Of a DNA stretch of 64,000 bases, positions 36,389 through 51,114 are shown one piece after another. Source of the stretch: Mytilus trossulus (Eukaryota). The notes under the pieces were generated by a model. The model was given only the letters and a program-made list of their open reading frames with translations, did not search any database and was not told where the DNA came from. Position 1 is the first letter of the stretch, and each line of letters begins with the position of its first letter. The translations under genes and the position numbers were made by a program. The stretch spans positions 40,238,001 through 40,302,000 of the forward strand of contig NC_086375.1 of the NCBI RefSeq assembly GCF_036588685.1, written 5' to 3'.

Positions 36389-39300
36389 CGAAACCGATAC
36401 CTATTATATTTATACCATATCTGATAAAATACTGTTTGTGCATACAAAGAAGTGGGCACTCTTCTTACTTTGTTCATACACATGCTGTATGTGGTACTCG
36501 GTAACTACATCTTTTGAAAATAACTTTTGTCAACTTTTTTCTTCTTTGTACTATTTAATTACAAAACAAAATGATGTAAAAGTTCACACAGTTCATTTGA
36601 ACTGTTTATACATTCTTTAAAGAAAATGTTGCTTTCCACTATCCATTTCGAACTAAAAATTATTTTATTATAAGACAATGCATGTATAAGTGCTAGTTTT
36701 AATCTGGACAAATTACACTGAAATGAGAGATGTGTCTGCACAATTTAGGAGGTCAGCAGTATCGAGATACAGAGGTGTGGTCTTGTATCTGTATACGGGA
36801 TGCATGTGTGTACAATGTATATATTTGTATTTGTTTTGTTTAACATTTGTATGAATTCATGTATGTGTGTTGGTTAATATGATGTGTTGATGTTCTTAAG
36901 TTGTTGTTTTTTCTCTTTTTCGTTACTTTTTCTCTTCTTTTCTTAAGCATTTTGGTTATTATTAATATTTGCTCTTCTTTGGTACATCTTCTCTTTTATA
37001 TAATTGATACACACATTTTAAAATTAAAACGTGCAAATCGATGTACAAACAACGAAGTTTCACAGAACGTTTTTTATAACATATTTTAATTTTACTTGAG
37101 CACAAAAATAATTTGCTCACTTTATCTATACTATGATGCTCTCGACAAACGTTTTTTTAAGGGTTGGGTGTAATTTTAAGTGCAAAATTGTAAATATTAA
37201 AACAGCTTATACATATAGATCCACATGTGTATGTAATGATAATGCTGCTTTGATATACTTGACGTGTAGATATTTATATTATTTATGCTATTCTTGCTTA
37301 ACCACTTTATTATACTATGTCGACTTAACGATTGGTAGTGTCAACTGTAGGGTTTTATCAGACATAGTTAAAAAGAATTGATATTTTTACACAATATGAG
37401 GATTAAGTCTTAAATCATACTTTTTAAATTGTTATTTGGATGGAGAGTTGTCTCATTGGCACTCACACCACATCTTCCTATATCTATTGTATAACTATAT
37501 TAATAGCACATCTTAAATAGAAACACAACGGCTTCATCAATGAAGATATGTGGGAAAATTTAGTTCTTATTCTATTAAAAGAAAAGAAGTAGCTATTCTT
37601 TAAAAAAAAAAACTTTTGAAATTAAGATTCAAGGGACCTTTAAACATCTTTGGTGATTTTATTAGATATCACCATTCATGACTACCGTATAATTTTGGAT
37701 CATATGAACAAGATAATGACAAACCAGTCTTTTTTGAGAGCTTAAAAAACAAGACATCCAACAACGGCATTTCTTCATTTGTAGTGATGGGAGATTGAAA
37801 TGTTGTCCAAGATTATGACAAAAGGTACTCAAGGCGTGGTCCAAATCACAAACAAAGTTGTTTGGACTGCTTCATGTGTACCGCGGATATAGAAGTCGTA
37901 GGTTGTTACTTTTGGTTGATTTTGATTAAACTTTCGAATGATCTTTGTACTAGAGGTTTTGCAGATTCATGGCTTTGAGAATACATTTATTTGTTGAATA
38001 AGGATTTGTTTTTGCCAGACTATTAGAAAGGTGGTAGTTCTTAAAAAAAATGCATTTCCCATTTGGATTAAAGTTTCAGAGTCAATATATATTTCTCCGT
38101 TTTGAGGTGGAAAGGAAAACCTTATAAAGTGAAAAGAGCAATGGTAATGTCCGCACACTTTGATGGCGATCTTAATATGTCTAATATTTCTATTCATGTT
38201 ATAGTGTAAAAAATTGTTAGAAGCCGCTTTTAATTAACAAAAACAATTGTAATATTTAAACCATGTATTTTATCATATCTTTATGATTGTATCAATCTAA
38301 CAAGTGTTACTTAAATCTTTATAATTTGTGTCTAACACTATAGTATGTTACTTCACATGTTTCATCATGAAAATTAAAAAAAAAAGTATAAATACATTAA
38401 TTAACGTAACTATAATATTCAATACATAGTCTTCAATTGAAGTGCTAATTCATGGTGTTCAAATGCAGTTAAAAATATATATGTTTACTATAGTTAGCTA
38501 CAAAATACATTTTGTTGATATTTATTTAATAATGTAATGCTCACACTTGTGTCTGCACTTTTGCAATAGCTTAATAAGTTGTCATTTTTTTTTTTATTTT
38601 ACCTCTATATTAGCCAATGTTAAATTAAAAAAACTTTGCTTTTATTACGATTTTATCAATGACAAATAATTACATTTTTATTGGAGGACATGAAATGACA
38701 CTGTCTCAACGAAAATGTTAGTTGCTTTTGATTGTTTGTCAGTATAATTTCGGACCGGAAGATATAGAAACCTTAAAAATAAAAGGTGATTATATATTTT
38801 ACAAATAGATGATTTGTCCAATGGTTCCTTGAAATTTTTCGTATACTTATCAAATTTACTGTAAAAATTGTTAACATCTAGTTATATATTAACAACTGCC
38901 AAATATAGTACACCTAGTCTATAAAGATTTATTAATATGTGTTAATCGTCAAATAAATTAAGAGTTTTACCTGACGACATTGCATTATCTACACTATTAA
39001 ACGAGAAGACCTTATTTTGTGTGTCGTTCCTCTTTTCGCAATAAATTAATCATCATGACACTGTGTCCCATATAATTTGATGAATTTATTGTTATCGAAG
39101 GTATCATATAGAAATAAGAGATAACTCCTCACCCAAGTCACAATGTGTAAACAGTAAACAATAATTTGTCATATTTGTCATAATATGATCTTCAACAGGG
39201 AGCCTTGGCTAAAGCAAGCTATAAAGGGCACAACAATTACAAATGTAAAGCAATTCAAACAGGTAAACCGACGGACTAATCTATATAAAAATACGAGAAA

Positions 39301-42300
39301 CGCTCATCAACCTCATCAACTGCTGACAAATACTAATTGACGCAATACTTAGGTGCATACAAATGCAGAGGATTAAAACCTGAACAGGCACCAACCTTTA
39401 CCCTTATCTAAACAATATTGTTACATTTAAACATACAATACACACTATAAAATATAAATTCGAATGTCTGAACTCGATCAAATAAAAATATAGAAAAAAC
39501 AAGTTAACAAACACTGAATGAATACTTTTGATATACATTTATTACACAAAGAAAATACAATATTTTTTTTAAAGTCAAAAAGACAACTTTAACCTGGGAC
39601 AAAATGGCGTTTAATAAGTTAACGTATACAGGGAAAATTGAATATAATGACTTGTTTGTACATGTAGGAGTACGAAAATATTTTTTTGTATTTTTCAAAT
39701 AAATAAGTTTGCTGTTCAAGAGTACGAAGGTAAACACTTATCGTTTTACTAAATACTTATCAAAAGGGTTTCAGAATAAAAAGAGTAAGACGAGATATAA
39801 CAGCATTGAATAACTAAAATGCATTACAAATTTTGTCAATATGTCATATAAACAAGAAAGTACGATATGAAAATTCAATCAAAACACATCTCAGGGATTT
39901 AGTTTTTAACGCCATGGACACCTATAGAAAACATGACGTGTGCAATGTTTATATTAAAACATCGACAGGCATTTAGATTGTTGAAATCTAACCTTATAAT
40001 GAAAATGTATCATATTTTATATATATAAAGTAACCTATATACGAAATAAACGTGGATGTGTATTTTGATATCCCACAATTCAAATTAAGTTCTGTTTTAA
40101 TTTGTTGATGACAAAATCGATATGTGTGCCAATTTTAAACAGCATAAATAAACTGCCATATATAGTACACATATTCTTTAAAAAAATTTTCATGTGTTTT
40201 TATCGTCAAATGAACCAAGAGTTTAACCTGACGAAATTGAATTACCTATACTATTAAACGAGGAGACCTTATTTTGTGCGTCGTGTCCCTAATTTCGCAA
40301 TAAATTAATCATCATGCCTCTGTGTCCTATAGAATTTGATGAATTTATTGTTATCCTAGATGTCACATAGAAATAAGAAGATATGAAATGACTGCCGATG
40401 ATATAACTCTTCACCCTTTTTCTTCTTTATACATTCTCTAAATCATATAACTGCGTTTAATTTCTCTTTCAAAGAAGGACTAACTGAACCATTTATTTCC
40501 TTGGTAATACTATGTACCCAGACTTAAATTTGAACTAGATTAAATAAATAAAAGATCGTGAGATGGTTGAATATTCAATTTTTAAAGTTATTTTCATGTG
40601 TAATCAGGGATTTTCCCGACCGATCTGCCAAATGTTTATAAAATATGTGGATAAAACGGTCAAGTGATTTCAATGATTTAATGTGGAAGTACAAAGAAAG
40701 CTGTGACTTTTAGTACATGTGAGATTGCTATACTCTATATGACAACGACCTTTTGTGGTATAAATATTCTTAACACTTAAGGGACAAGGAAGTGCATATT
40801 CAAATGTTAAATCCTCACGTGCAGAATATCTATTACAAAATTGCTCACACGAAGGTAAAATCCGAAACTTAATCGATTTGCTTCGATCCTTTCATCGTAG
40901 TGTGATTCCCTTTTAAAGAAATCAATCATTTTTCCCATATATTTAAGATAATCTAGATTAAAGCTCATCGGTAATTTTAAACATACGTGCAACATTATCT
41001 TTCTTGTCCTGTGCTGAGCCTGAAGCGAAGTCAAATTTTCTATATTTACTAGCATTGATTATTTTGATTCTTAATACCTAACTAAGCATATATTGCAATC
41101 TACGTATTTTAAAACTCTTATGGTCCTGCACATTGTTGATACTCATATGTTTGTGTATATAAACTGAATCCGTTGGATGTATGCTTGAAATTATAATTAC
41201 AAAAATACAGAAATAAACTCTAAAGAAAATTCAAAACGGAGAGTCACTAATTCTACCGAACTTTTCAGTCGTTTGGAAATAATGACCTATTAATTCTATG
41301 TGTTGATCTACGACTTTGAACTAGGGCTTTCATCAATGCAAATACAATGTGATCGCTAATTAATCAGTTCGATTAATAAGTCGGTGGCTTTAACGCCTCT
41401 TTCAGCACTACTGGTTAAATTGGAAGTCATTTTAAATTTTACACGGGAAAAAAGAGTGTCTGAAGAGAACCAACGACCTTCGTTAGGCAAACTCACAATT
41501 ATAGTCAGTGGAGATTACAGTGGGGCTAACCTAGATGCGGAGTTGAAAGACGTTGAACACTCGGCCACCCCTAGTAATTTTCAGAATCAGTCTATAGTCC
41601 CTTTTATATATAAGGCAAGTCCTTCACAACTGATTTGTTTGGACAGGACCTTGTGAGGTGATGATTTGATACTCTGCCACATTCGGATATGCGTGTCTCA
41701 AACCTAACGCGCAGTGGCTGTCGTTTGCAGTTGTCTGTCATGACTTGATTGTTTTACTTAAATGCTAGTTTAGTCTCGGTTTTAGTTTGTAACCTGGATT
41801 TTTTTTCCCGAAATAAATTTAAGACTTTTAAACTGTAGTATACTACCTTGCCTTTTTCCAAGAGTCATAAAACGTTGAAAATAGTGAATAAAGTTTTAAC
41901 CTGGTTCCAATTCGTACAGCTATATATGCAATATCTCATTTATTTACTTAATAATTATGATAGTTCCGGGATCGTGTTTGTTTCAATTCGGAAATTGACG
42001 AGTCCTATTAATATATATTGATGTATGCACCTGTCTAGTATTTCACATAGTACAATTTAGCATCGCAATATTACGGACGCCATCATGAGTTGGTTGACCG
42101 TCATGAAATATCTGTTTCATGGATGATAGTAGATACATTCAAATATCGTTACAACTATAACGATCCCTTTTCCCGAATGTTACCTATCGCTTGAATCATA
42201 TTACCTGGTTTGTAAAATATCTATTTTAGCATGGATAGACTTTCAACTATGCTCGTATCAATTTGTTTTAATTTTATTTTTAAATAGGAATGTGATATGA

Positions 42301-42811
42301 TTGCCAATAAGACAACTATTCACCAGAATTAAAATAAAGTTGTGCTCTGCAGTAATATGAAAAAACATTGGTTTTTCACTATTTTTTTTTTTTACATTTG
42401 TGTTGAAGCTTTCAGTTTTTGATCAAACAATTTCAAGTTTAACTATAATACTTTCCTTTACTTTTTCACATAACATACGATAAAAAAATCAATACGTCAA
42501 AGTCGATACTTGATTTTTATCTGGATTTGAAATGATCAAATAGAATATATAACTATAAGCATGATTTGCACTATGATGATTTACAGCCGTTCAAAGAAAA
42601 AAATTACCTTAGTAAATATTTAGTCAGACCTCTTTATACAGTCATAGTACTCATTCTTCTTTATTTCAATCTTAATTTTGTAGTATCTACTTATTACATA
42701 ATATCACTGGTTCTTGTTCCTTCTATCATACAACCGACTTGAGTGTCATGTGAATAAACTAAAACGCATACTGCACAAATACCATAATAGGTTATTAGAT
42801 ATAGACTTCAA

Positions 42812-45800
42812 ATGGAGCTCCCAAAAGAAAAGATTAGTTTTGAAAAACGTAATGTTGGTGCATTCGGAAACAGTTCATACAATCAAGAGTATCATTCTCC
42901 TCCAGAATGTTGTGGGAAACAGTCAGATTTAAATGGATACTTACAACCGATTAACGGAAACGAAAATAGAATATCATCTAACCATGATTACTTGATAGTT
43001 CAGGGATCCGTAAAAAGTAATTTGCCACCTGATAAAGAGCAAGATGAATCTCACAGCTGGCTACACCCCATGAAAAAAGAGAAAATGGGAGATCAATGTG
43101 GAAACGAAAAGGAGTTTAGTGAACTTGATAATTGTCCATATTCAGTTATAGCAGATTCTAATATAAAGCAGCAAGAGGTCAAAGCTTTTCCTTTAATAAA
43201 ATATGTAAGTGATATAGTAACCCGTAGAATGGCTATAGGTTTATTTTATTAAATTATAAAAGGATTTTAAAAAGTCATATATCGAAAATTCTGTATGTCT
43301 TGGTTTTTTAAATTCCTATCATACTTCATATTATAATAATTCATATTTATTCACTTGAATAGTTATGTTTTACTATGAAAAAAGTTTAAATATATAAAAA
43401 AAAATCCGAAAAAGGTTTCTTTTTAGAAATATATGCTTGTGATTTGATGCAGCTAAAAATGAAATCCTCGAACTATAAAATATATACTTCTTTTTTGCAG
43501 CATATAGAGCATCAAATAAAGTTATTCTATTCATTGTCGTAATGTATGCTCTTCATCTTTTGGTATGGTATACGCTGTATTTGAAATATATAAACAGACT
43601 GTTTACTTATAGGTAGAAGGACCATTGAACAGTCAAGAGATTGAAACACAAAAGACATTGAAGAGTTCATCTTGTTCACGTTGCAAAATTGTTGCAATTG
43701 TTATTATTATAGTCATACTCATGACTACCGTTGGCCTTGGAGTGTTTTTCCCAATTATGAGAAATAACAGTAAAGGTCGGTTTATTTTAAGTTGTTTATG
43801 TATGTTTGTTTTTCGAAATTATAACTTTATTGCTAAAATTGTTTGTAATTAACACATTTATTGTTTTATTTTAAAGTACTGATTCGATGTACCTTATTTT
43901 TAACTCAGTTCAATTTTAAACGAAATATTGATGTTTTTGATTTTTGTGGGGATCGTATTGCTTCAATTTCAGTTTAAAAGAGGGACGAAAGATACCAAAG
44001 GGACAGTCAAACTCGTAAATCTAAAACAAACTGACAACGCCATGGCTAAAAATGAAAAAGACAAACAGAAAAACAATAGTACACATGACACAACATAGAA
44101 AACTAAAGAATAAACTACATTCGAACTTTCCTTGTTTCCTCTATTTCAGATCCTACTCAGTGGCTCCCGATTCCCGCCTACTCAAACCCAAATTTTTGTA
44201 TTTAAGTATTTCCCTATCAAATAATCAAACACGTAATATCTTCAAGAAGGACACTAGTCCTGAAACATAAACTAGAAATATATTAAATGGAGATTCGTCA
44301 GTGTAATTGAAACCAATATTTTTTAAATGTTGTTCTAATATAACAACTAAAAGTAACGAAAATTAATGGGTCGTTTGAAATCTATATATTTCAGAGAAAA
44401 ACACTTCTTCGTCCTTGCTGTCAAAATCAAACAAAACCATGAATGCGTCAACAACTGATCAAACTGTTACTTTTGGAACAACAATACTCAGTACGGATGC
44501 GTCAACATATAGCACTACAAATTCGGCTTCTGTGATAACAACACCAACACATGACCAGGATATATCATCAGGTACAACTAAAAGTCATGGCAAATAACTG
44601 AGACATATGTATCGATTTATCTTCTCATCTCTTTGTTATGATGATTGAAACTTTGTGACTTTCTTTTGATTTTGGTGTATTTAATAGGTCAAATATCCAG
44701 TTCACATGTCAAACCACTTAAAGGTTGCACTTCTGTAAATATAGACAATGTATTTTCCCATAGAAACTCCCTTTACGGCTAAAACTGTTCAATTTTATCA
44801 ATAAAATTTAGTAACTTCTTAGAGTATAAACATATACTAAAATTCTGTAATACTTATCCGTTCACTTTGGGTCTTATTTAGAATTCAATTATCGCCGCTA
44901 ACATGTGTATTCGATAACATTCCCAAGGTATGTCTCTACGAGATGAAACATAGTGATCATATCTTGGAAGCCATTCGTAATCAACAAGTAAGTGCAACAT
45001 ATATATTTTTTCACTCATGGATATTGCCTGTTAACCAGTTTGCGTATGACGAGATATATCATGTATCACACGACACGAATTAAGTGTTATATTAATAAAT
45101 ACTACGCCATTTGCATTAAGCTGGTCAATGTGGCTTAATATGTAAAACAAAAGTGTCACATTTACTGCATAAAATTATATTAACACAATTTTAGGTTACA
45201 TGTATAATCTTTATATTATATATATGCCATTTCAGTACAAGACATGCTTAGTTTCATATGGGCAAAATTACTGAAATATCAGTTGAAGCTTTCTATGTCG
45301 TTTTGAAGTACTTATACGAATCTGTCACTCAATCCTTCAATCTTGTAAGTTTATTACAAGTAAGTATTAAGTACAAATAAGATCATTTAATGGCGTGTTT
45401 AGGTTTCAATGGAGTGAAAGTGAACTTTTAATCCTCTGATTTAGTTATGAAAAGTTCTTATTCAATTTTTACAGAGAGCAGCTCATCTCAAGCACCAAAT
45501 ACCACTATACAACCGCACTGTAAGTACAAAACTGTAAAAAACAGACGGCATACAAAATAGTTTACAGAATCTAAGAAGATCGTATTCGACATACATGAAG
45601 CTGCATGAAAATAATGTGAATGATGTCATCTTATACTTTCTTATTCCCCCTTCCGTCTGGATTACTTTTACATAGGATTTGTATGTCATATATAGATATA
45701 ATAAGTTGTGGTATGAGTACCAATGGAACAACTCTCTATCCAAGTCACAATTTGTAAAAGAAAACCATTATAGGTCAAAGTACGGTCTTCGACACCAAGC

Positions 45801-48800
45801 CTTGGCTTACACCGAGCAGCAAGCCTTAAAGGGAAACCAACGGTCTTATCTATATAAAACACGAGAAACGGGAAACATTAATCTCTGTTAAAGATTGCCT
45901 TTTAAGTGGTGTTGCTTATAAATATGCAATATTCCAGAAATATAACAGTCGCATATTTGAAATTCGGTTCTATTTGGCAATTTCTTGTGTTTCTCTCAAA
46001 TTGTGGTTTTTATTTTAACCTTTGTATCGCCGTGCTTCTTGTATAAGGATAATCTTTACAGCTTCATATTGATCCAAATGCGAACACTATTTATAAAGAA
46101 TTAAAACGAGGGAGACAGTCTTATTTAAAGATGCCTATATTTGTTAAACTTGACTGTTGATATACTATGTGTTATCGGATATGTTCCTTACGTCGTCCCC
46201 TTCCCTTTCATGAATGTGACCTACCGAATTAGACTATTTACCAGATCACATAAGCAACACGACGGGTGCAACATGTGGAGCTGGATCTTACCCTTTCGGA
46301 GCACCTCAGATCACCCCTAGTTTGTTTGGGTTTTTTTTTTTGGGGGGGGGGGGAATTTGTGTTGTATATTCTTTAGTTTTCTATGTTGTGTCATGTGTAC
46401 TATTGTTTTTCTGTTTGTCCTTTTTATTTTTAGCCATGGCGTTGTCAGTTTGTTGTAGATTTATGAGTTTGACTGTCCCTTTGGTATCTTTCGTTCCTCT
46501 TTTAGGAACGTGAGTTGTACATCTTATTCAATTTATACAGAGGAATACATGGATATACAATATGTATGTTCTGCTTACATTGCATTTTTTATACTTGTCA
46601 AAAAATGTTCAACAAAGTGAAATAAAACTCCAAGGGGACAATTAAATACTCATATTTTAAGGAGACAAAACAATGGCAAAAAATATAACAAACAACTCTA
46701 CAAATTTTAAACGTCAAATAACAAATAAGAGCAACAAACCCTTCCCCATTAAACAATATTTCTTTTATCCTCTTTGTATAGTCAAAAATGCAGCTTCGTC
46801 TTTTTTATTTTAGTTAATTGTTTATTCTGATCAGGTCAATAAAGTGACAGTATAAACTTGTCATTAAATTTCTTCAGTTTAATATCGGGAAGGACAATGA
46901 TGTAATGTGTATGTAAGTGGAAGTTAAATTCTATTTGTTGTTATTCAAATCCTGAATTGCTTTTAAATTTGTAGACAATGCTAAATAAAATGTATCTTTT
47001 AATTTCATTTAGGTTCACCTACTGGTAATACGATTTTACAACTTAGTCCTGACCAAATTGCCAATCTTGGAACGTACAGAAGTTGGTTTCTTCATAGTTG
47101 CGAAGCCGACATTGGCTATCCAGCAGGCGATCTAAGCATTGAAATTATGAAGTCAGGAGACGTAGAATTCAGAAAATTAGATGTTACAATCGAAAGCTCA
47201 CAGGACAACAAAACATCATGCGAAATTCATAGAAAAATAGAGTTTGGGATACTATTTACATCTGATATGAAGAAGGCTATAATCAGATGCAAAGTTATAA
47301 ATAGATTCTTCCAGGACTCTTCGGCATTTTATTCAAATAATGAAACTATTTTACTTATATCGGGTAAGATTACTTGTGTACAGATACGTCAAGCAATTTT
47401 AAAGTTTTATACTATCGTTGATATGGACAACATCTGTTATTGAAAAAAATTGCAAAAGATATCAAAGGGACATTCAAACTTATGAGTAAAACATAATTTA
47501 ACAACACAATGACATTTATTTTTACAGTCATTTATATTAAAAATACTAGATATTGCACCGTAAATCTAAATGTTTGCGTGGCATGTTCCATCTACTCACA
47601 CCCTAATTATATACCATTTACATTTCTAAAGCATATTTATTTGATAATCTATATTGCACATATAATGGAAGACAAGACATTGACATAAATCTAATTATCC
47701 TTCTTTGACTAAGAAAAACAAATCGTCACGTAATAATAATATTTTATGCATGTTTAAGGTGATTAATTTCTTTCAGGTGATGCGTGTAAGGATAACACTG
47801 TATCCCAAAGCCATCGTGTACATCCTACAAACTGTCATTATTACATTGAGTGCCAGAATAAAGTACCATATGGTCGGGCCTGTCAGGACAACTATTGTTT
47901 TGGAATATACACCGTAGAAGTGTGCCGTCCTTGTAATGACGTTACATGTCCAGCAACAAGTAAGATAAGATGGCTTAAAAGAATGTTAAATAGGAGTTAA
48001 AGAATACAGAAGCATCACATCTTGCTAGCCCTTGTTTCTTTTGTTTATTAAATGCGCATATCTATTATGCAGATTGTTTTCAAGATAAACTAATGTATTT
48101 CATGGAACCAAAATAACAAACTACCCAAATTTGTTTGAAATGATGAACACATGATTAAAATCAGAATTTAGAAAAAAAGAAGAAGGTATAATACACGAAC
48201 AAGTTTTTATAAAGTTACTTAATAGCCGAATAAATAACAAATAGTTTAAAAACTTTGTAGCTATACCAGATGCAAGATCAAATTTTGAATATTTCCGTAA
48301 TGCCTTTTAACATATTAAACCGATTGAATCTCTGTTTCTCGTCTAATATTGTTTTCATCTGTTGTTTTATTTGAAAAACATTAACGTATTTGATTCAATA
48401 ATATTCCTCGTAGGAATATATATTAGTTTCTTTGATTAATTTAAATCCACGTATGGTTAAAGAGTTTTAACATTTAAAGCATATTTTACTGATCTACGAA
48501 ACATATAAGTGTATCGGATTCTTAGACAAAAGAACACAAAGTAACCGTGTGTACCACTAACACTAAATACATAATGAAGTAACTGAATTGCATATAATGT
48601 TGGAATTATATACGTGTTCTCTTAAAACAATAAATCTATAAGACAGTTTTCTCAAATACATGTTTCGTTACTCAAATGATTCGTTTTTATACATCATAAG
48701 AAATATGATAACGCATAATTTTCTTTTTTTTTCAATTTCCAAATGTTTTAGATGACTCCTGTGCAAATGCTATAACCCTTCAAAAGGTAATATGACAATA

Positions 48801-51114
48801 AAGTAACCAGGGTAATGTAGCTTGTGCTTTAGTTTAACAATCAGATGTCTAAAGTACACATTTAAAACGGTTATACAGAGTAAATATTAATAACACTCGT
48901 CGGAATTAAAGTGTTGAATCATAGTTCATGTAATTAAAAAAATTCCGAAAACATAAGGCAATTAAACCAATGACGAAATGAACAGTTATCAATGCAACTA
49001 GTGTTAAATTTTGAGATAATTGTCAAATTTCTAGCAAACATGACTAACTTTCCACCCAACTTTATTAAAACAATGTCCCAATTAGTAACCGTTAAATGAA
49101 GGATCGTGTGAATATGAATATACGAAGGCATGGCATGAATTCCAATGAGACAACTATTTACCAGAAACAATTGACATGTAACTTAACACATATTCTGTTC
49201 CGTTCATAGTATTTCATACTTTGAAAAAAAAAATATTCCTTTTACATCAGAAAACAGTAAATATGACAGTACACGCTGATCAAATAGTTGGTCTAACTTC
49301 TCCAAGAATTTCAAATCTCCATACTTGTACTGGTTATATTGGCAATCCACCAGAGAACATAGAGGTTGAGATGCGGTTGGCAGGAGACTCAAATTATCAA
49401 ACAATATACCCAAGTTATATAACCAAAACAGAATCAACAGTTAACTGTAGAATAACAAGAGTCATAAAGTTTTGGATTGGTTTCACTACAATAATGTACA
49501 ATGCAACAATTAGATGTAAATTGACCAACGACCTCAATCCAGATGATTCGCCGACATATTCTAATCCTAAAATGCTTTTTCTGGTTTCTGGTAAGAATAA
49601 ATTAATATTTGATAAGTTTTGTGTTGTAAAAAAAATCAAACAACGGGTCGGATAAACGTTTGGTCTTTAATGACTTCATATTATCAATATAATTAACGGT
49701 ACCAATTTTCTTGCACCAGATGCGCATTTCGACAATACATGTCTCTTCAGTGATGCTCGTGGCCAAAATATTTGAAATACAAAGCTTATATAAAAGATGA
49801 AGAGCTATAATCCAAAAGGTCCAAAAAGTATAGCCGAATCCGTGAAAGGAATCAGAGCTTTGCATGAGGGAGATACATTCCTTAATTTATAATAATTTCT
49901 AATATTTTGTAACAGCAACTTTTAATAACACAAAAAATCCGTATTTTCATGCCAGTACCGAAGTACTGGCTACTGGGCTGGTGATACCCTCGGGGACTAA
50001 TAGTCCACCATCAGAGGCATCGACCCAGTGATTGTAATAAAAATAACGGTACCAATTTTCTTGCACCAGATGCGCATTTCGACAATACATGTCTCTTCAG
50101 TGATGCTCGTAGCCAAACTATTTGAAATCGAAAGCTTCAAAGTTAGTATACGAAAAAAAAATGCAATTAAACATCATCACATTTTACAGAGTCTATCAGA
50201 CATCTTGTATTTAGATTGTTAGTTTTTTACGATATATTTTTACCTTTTTCTTAAATACTAGGATATTCAAATAAGATAACAATTTTAAGTCATAGTACAC
50301 ATATTACACGTGACAGAAATATAAAAAAAACTGAGAGGTGGTTCGGGGTCAAATGAAATTTCAAGAAAAAAAATGATTTATTTGTGGGTGTATTGATGGA
50401 GATGGATTAAACATAAATTTCGATGAAATGATTACATTCTTTATTTGATATATTACCATGTATCTACATAAACATTGTGTACACACTTAGCTTTACTGAG
50501 GAAAACGACGTCTCGATTTTTTTTGTTATAAACGTTCCCTGAAATTGTCAGGTCAGAGGTTAACAAAGCATACTTGAATGTGTTAATAAAGAACTAGATT
50601 TGACCAAAATAGTATCCTGTCAGACTGTCAAAGTACTTGAAAGAGCAACCAAATCTCACGTATTCATTGAGCAATTTGGTGTTGGGTTTTTTGATTTTTC
50701 TGTAGGATTATTTGTTCTTTTTGGAAATTCATACACAATCTGTGGTGTTTGTTCGTCTCGTGTTTATTTCTCTTAATATGTCTAGTTTTTTCCGATACGC
50801 TGGTTTTATTATCGTCTTATATTTAAACGTTGTTAATATCGAATCTCTTACTAAAACATAATTTATACCGTATATACTGTGCAATTTATGTTAAACTCCT
50901 CATTATCTTAATAAATTATGCAACTGTAATTGCAGGTGAGTTTTGTAACCAAAATTTTAACGGAACTAACAGATATAATCACCCAACAAACTGTAACAGA
51001 TTTGTAACCTGTGAAGAAAAAGAAACCTATGTGCACGCCTGTCCAAGTCCTCTGTGCTTTAGTATAGAAAAAGATTTTTGTGACTGGTGCTTTGATGTAA
51101 AAACTTGTACATAA
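42812..51114 (+). CDS. Paralogue 3: complete type II membrane Ig + chitin-binding protein, ~621 aa (divergent ectodomain)
   Basis: Exons: 42812-43204 tail; 43613-43775 TM; 44395-44571 stalk; 45475-45519; 47013-47363 Ig1; 47777-47959 CBD1; 48752-48786 (NDSCANAITLQK); 49251-49590 Ig2; 50936-51114 CBD2 + TAA. Total 1866 nt, open frame. Exon sizes and phases are conserved with paralogues 1 and 2 (CBD2 exon two codons shorter) although the 3' introns are unalignable. Confidence 0.9.
43976..44115 (-). mobile_element. 3' tail fragment of Penelope-like element
   Basis: aaaagagggacgaaagataccaaagggacagtc... is the reverse complement of ~1500-1637. It replaces ~380 bp present in paralogue 2 (~25250-25635). 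Confidence 0.8.
46174..46503 (+). mobile_element. 3' tail fragment of Penelope-like element
   Basis: Matches ~1312-1637 (atcggatatgttccttacgtcg...ggtatctttcgttcctctttt). Confidence 0.8.
49713..49756 (-). ncRNA. Type I hammerhead ribozyme (family 2)
   Basis: GCAUCA-CUGAAGA-GACA(UGUAU)UGUC-GAAAU-GCGC-AUC/UGGUGC. Confidence 0.85.
50063..50106 (-). ncRNA. Type I hammerhead ribozyme (family 2, second copy)
   Basis: Identical to 49713-49756. Confidence 0.85.

Larger units (their letters stand above)
29925..45962 (+). repeat. Tandem segmental duplication, unit B (3' half of paralogue 2, intergenic region, 5' half of paralogue 3)
   Basis: Colinear copy of ~8540-28105. Similarity ends just after ...cagtcgcatatttgaaa (28105 / 45962). 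Confidence 0.85.
49690..50130 (-). mobile_element. Non-LTR retrozyme, family 2 (one 350-bp unit bounded by two hammerheads)
   Basis: Direct repeat with period 350 (49713 / 50063). Lies antisense in the last intron of paralogue 3. Confidence 0.85.
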
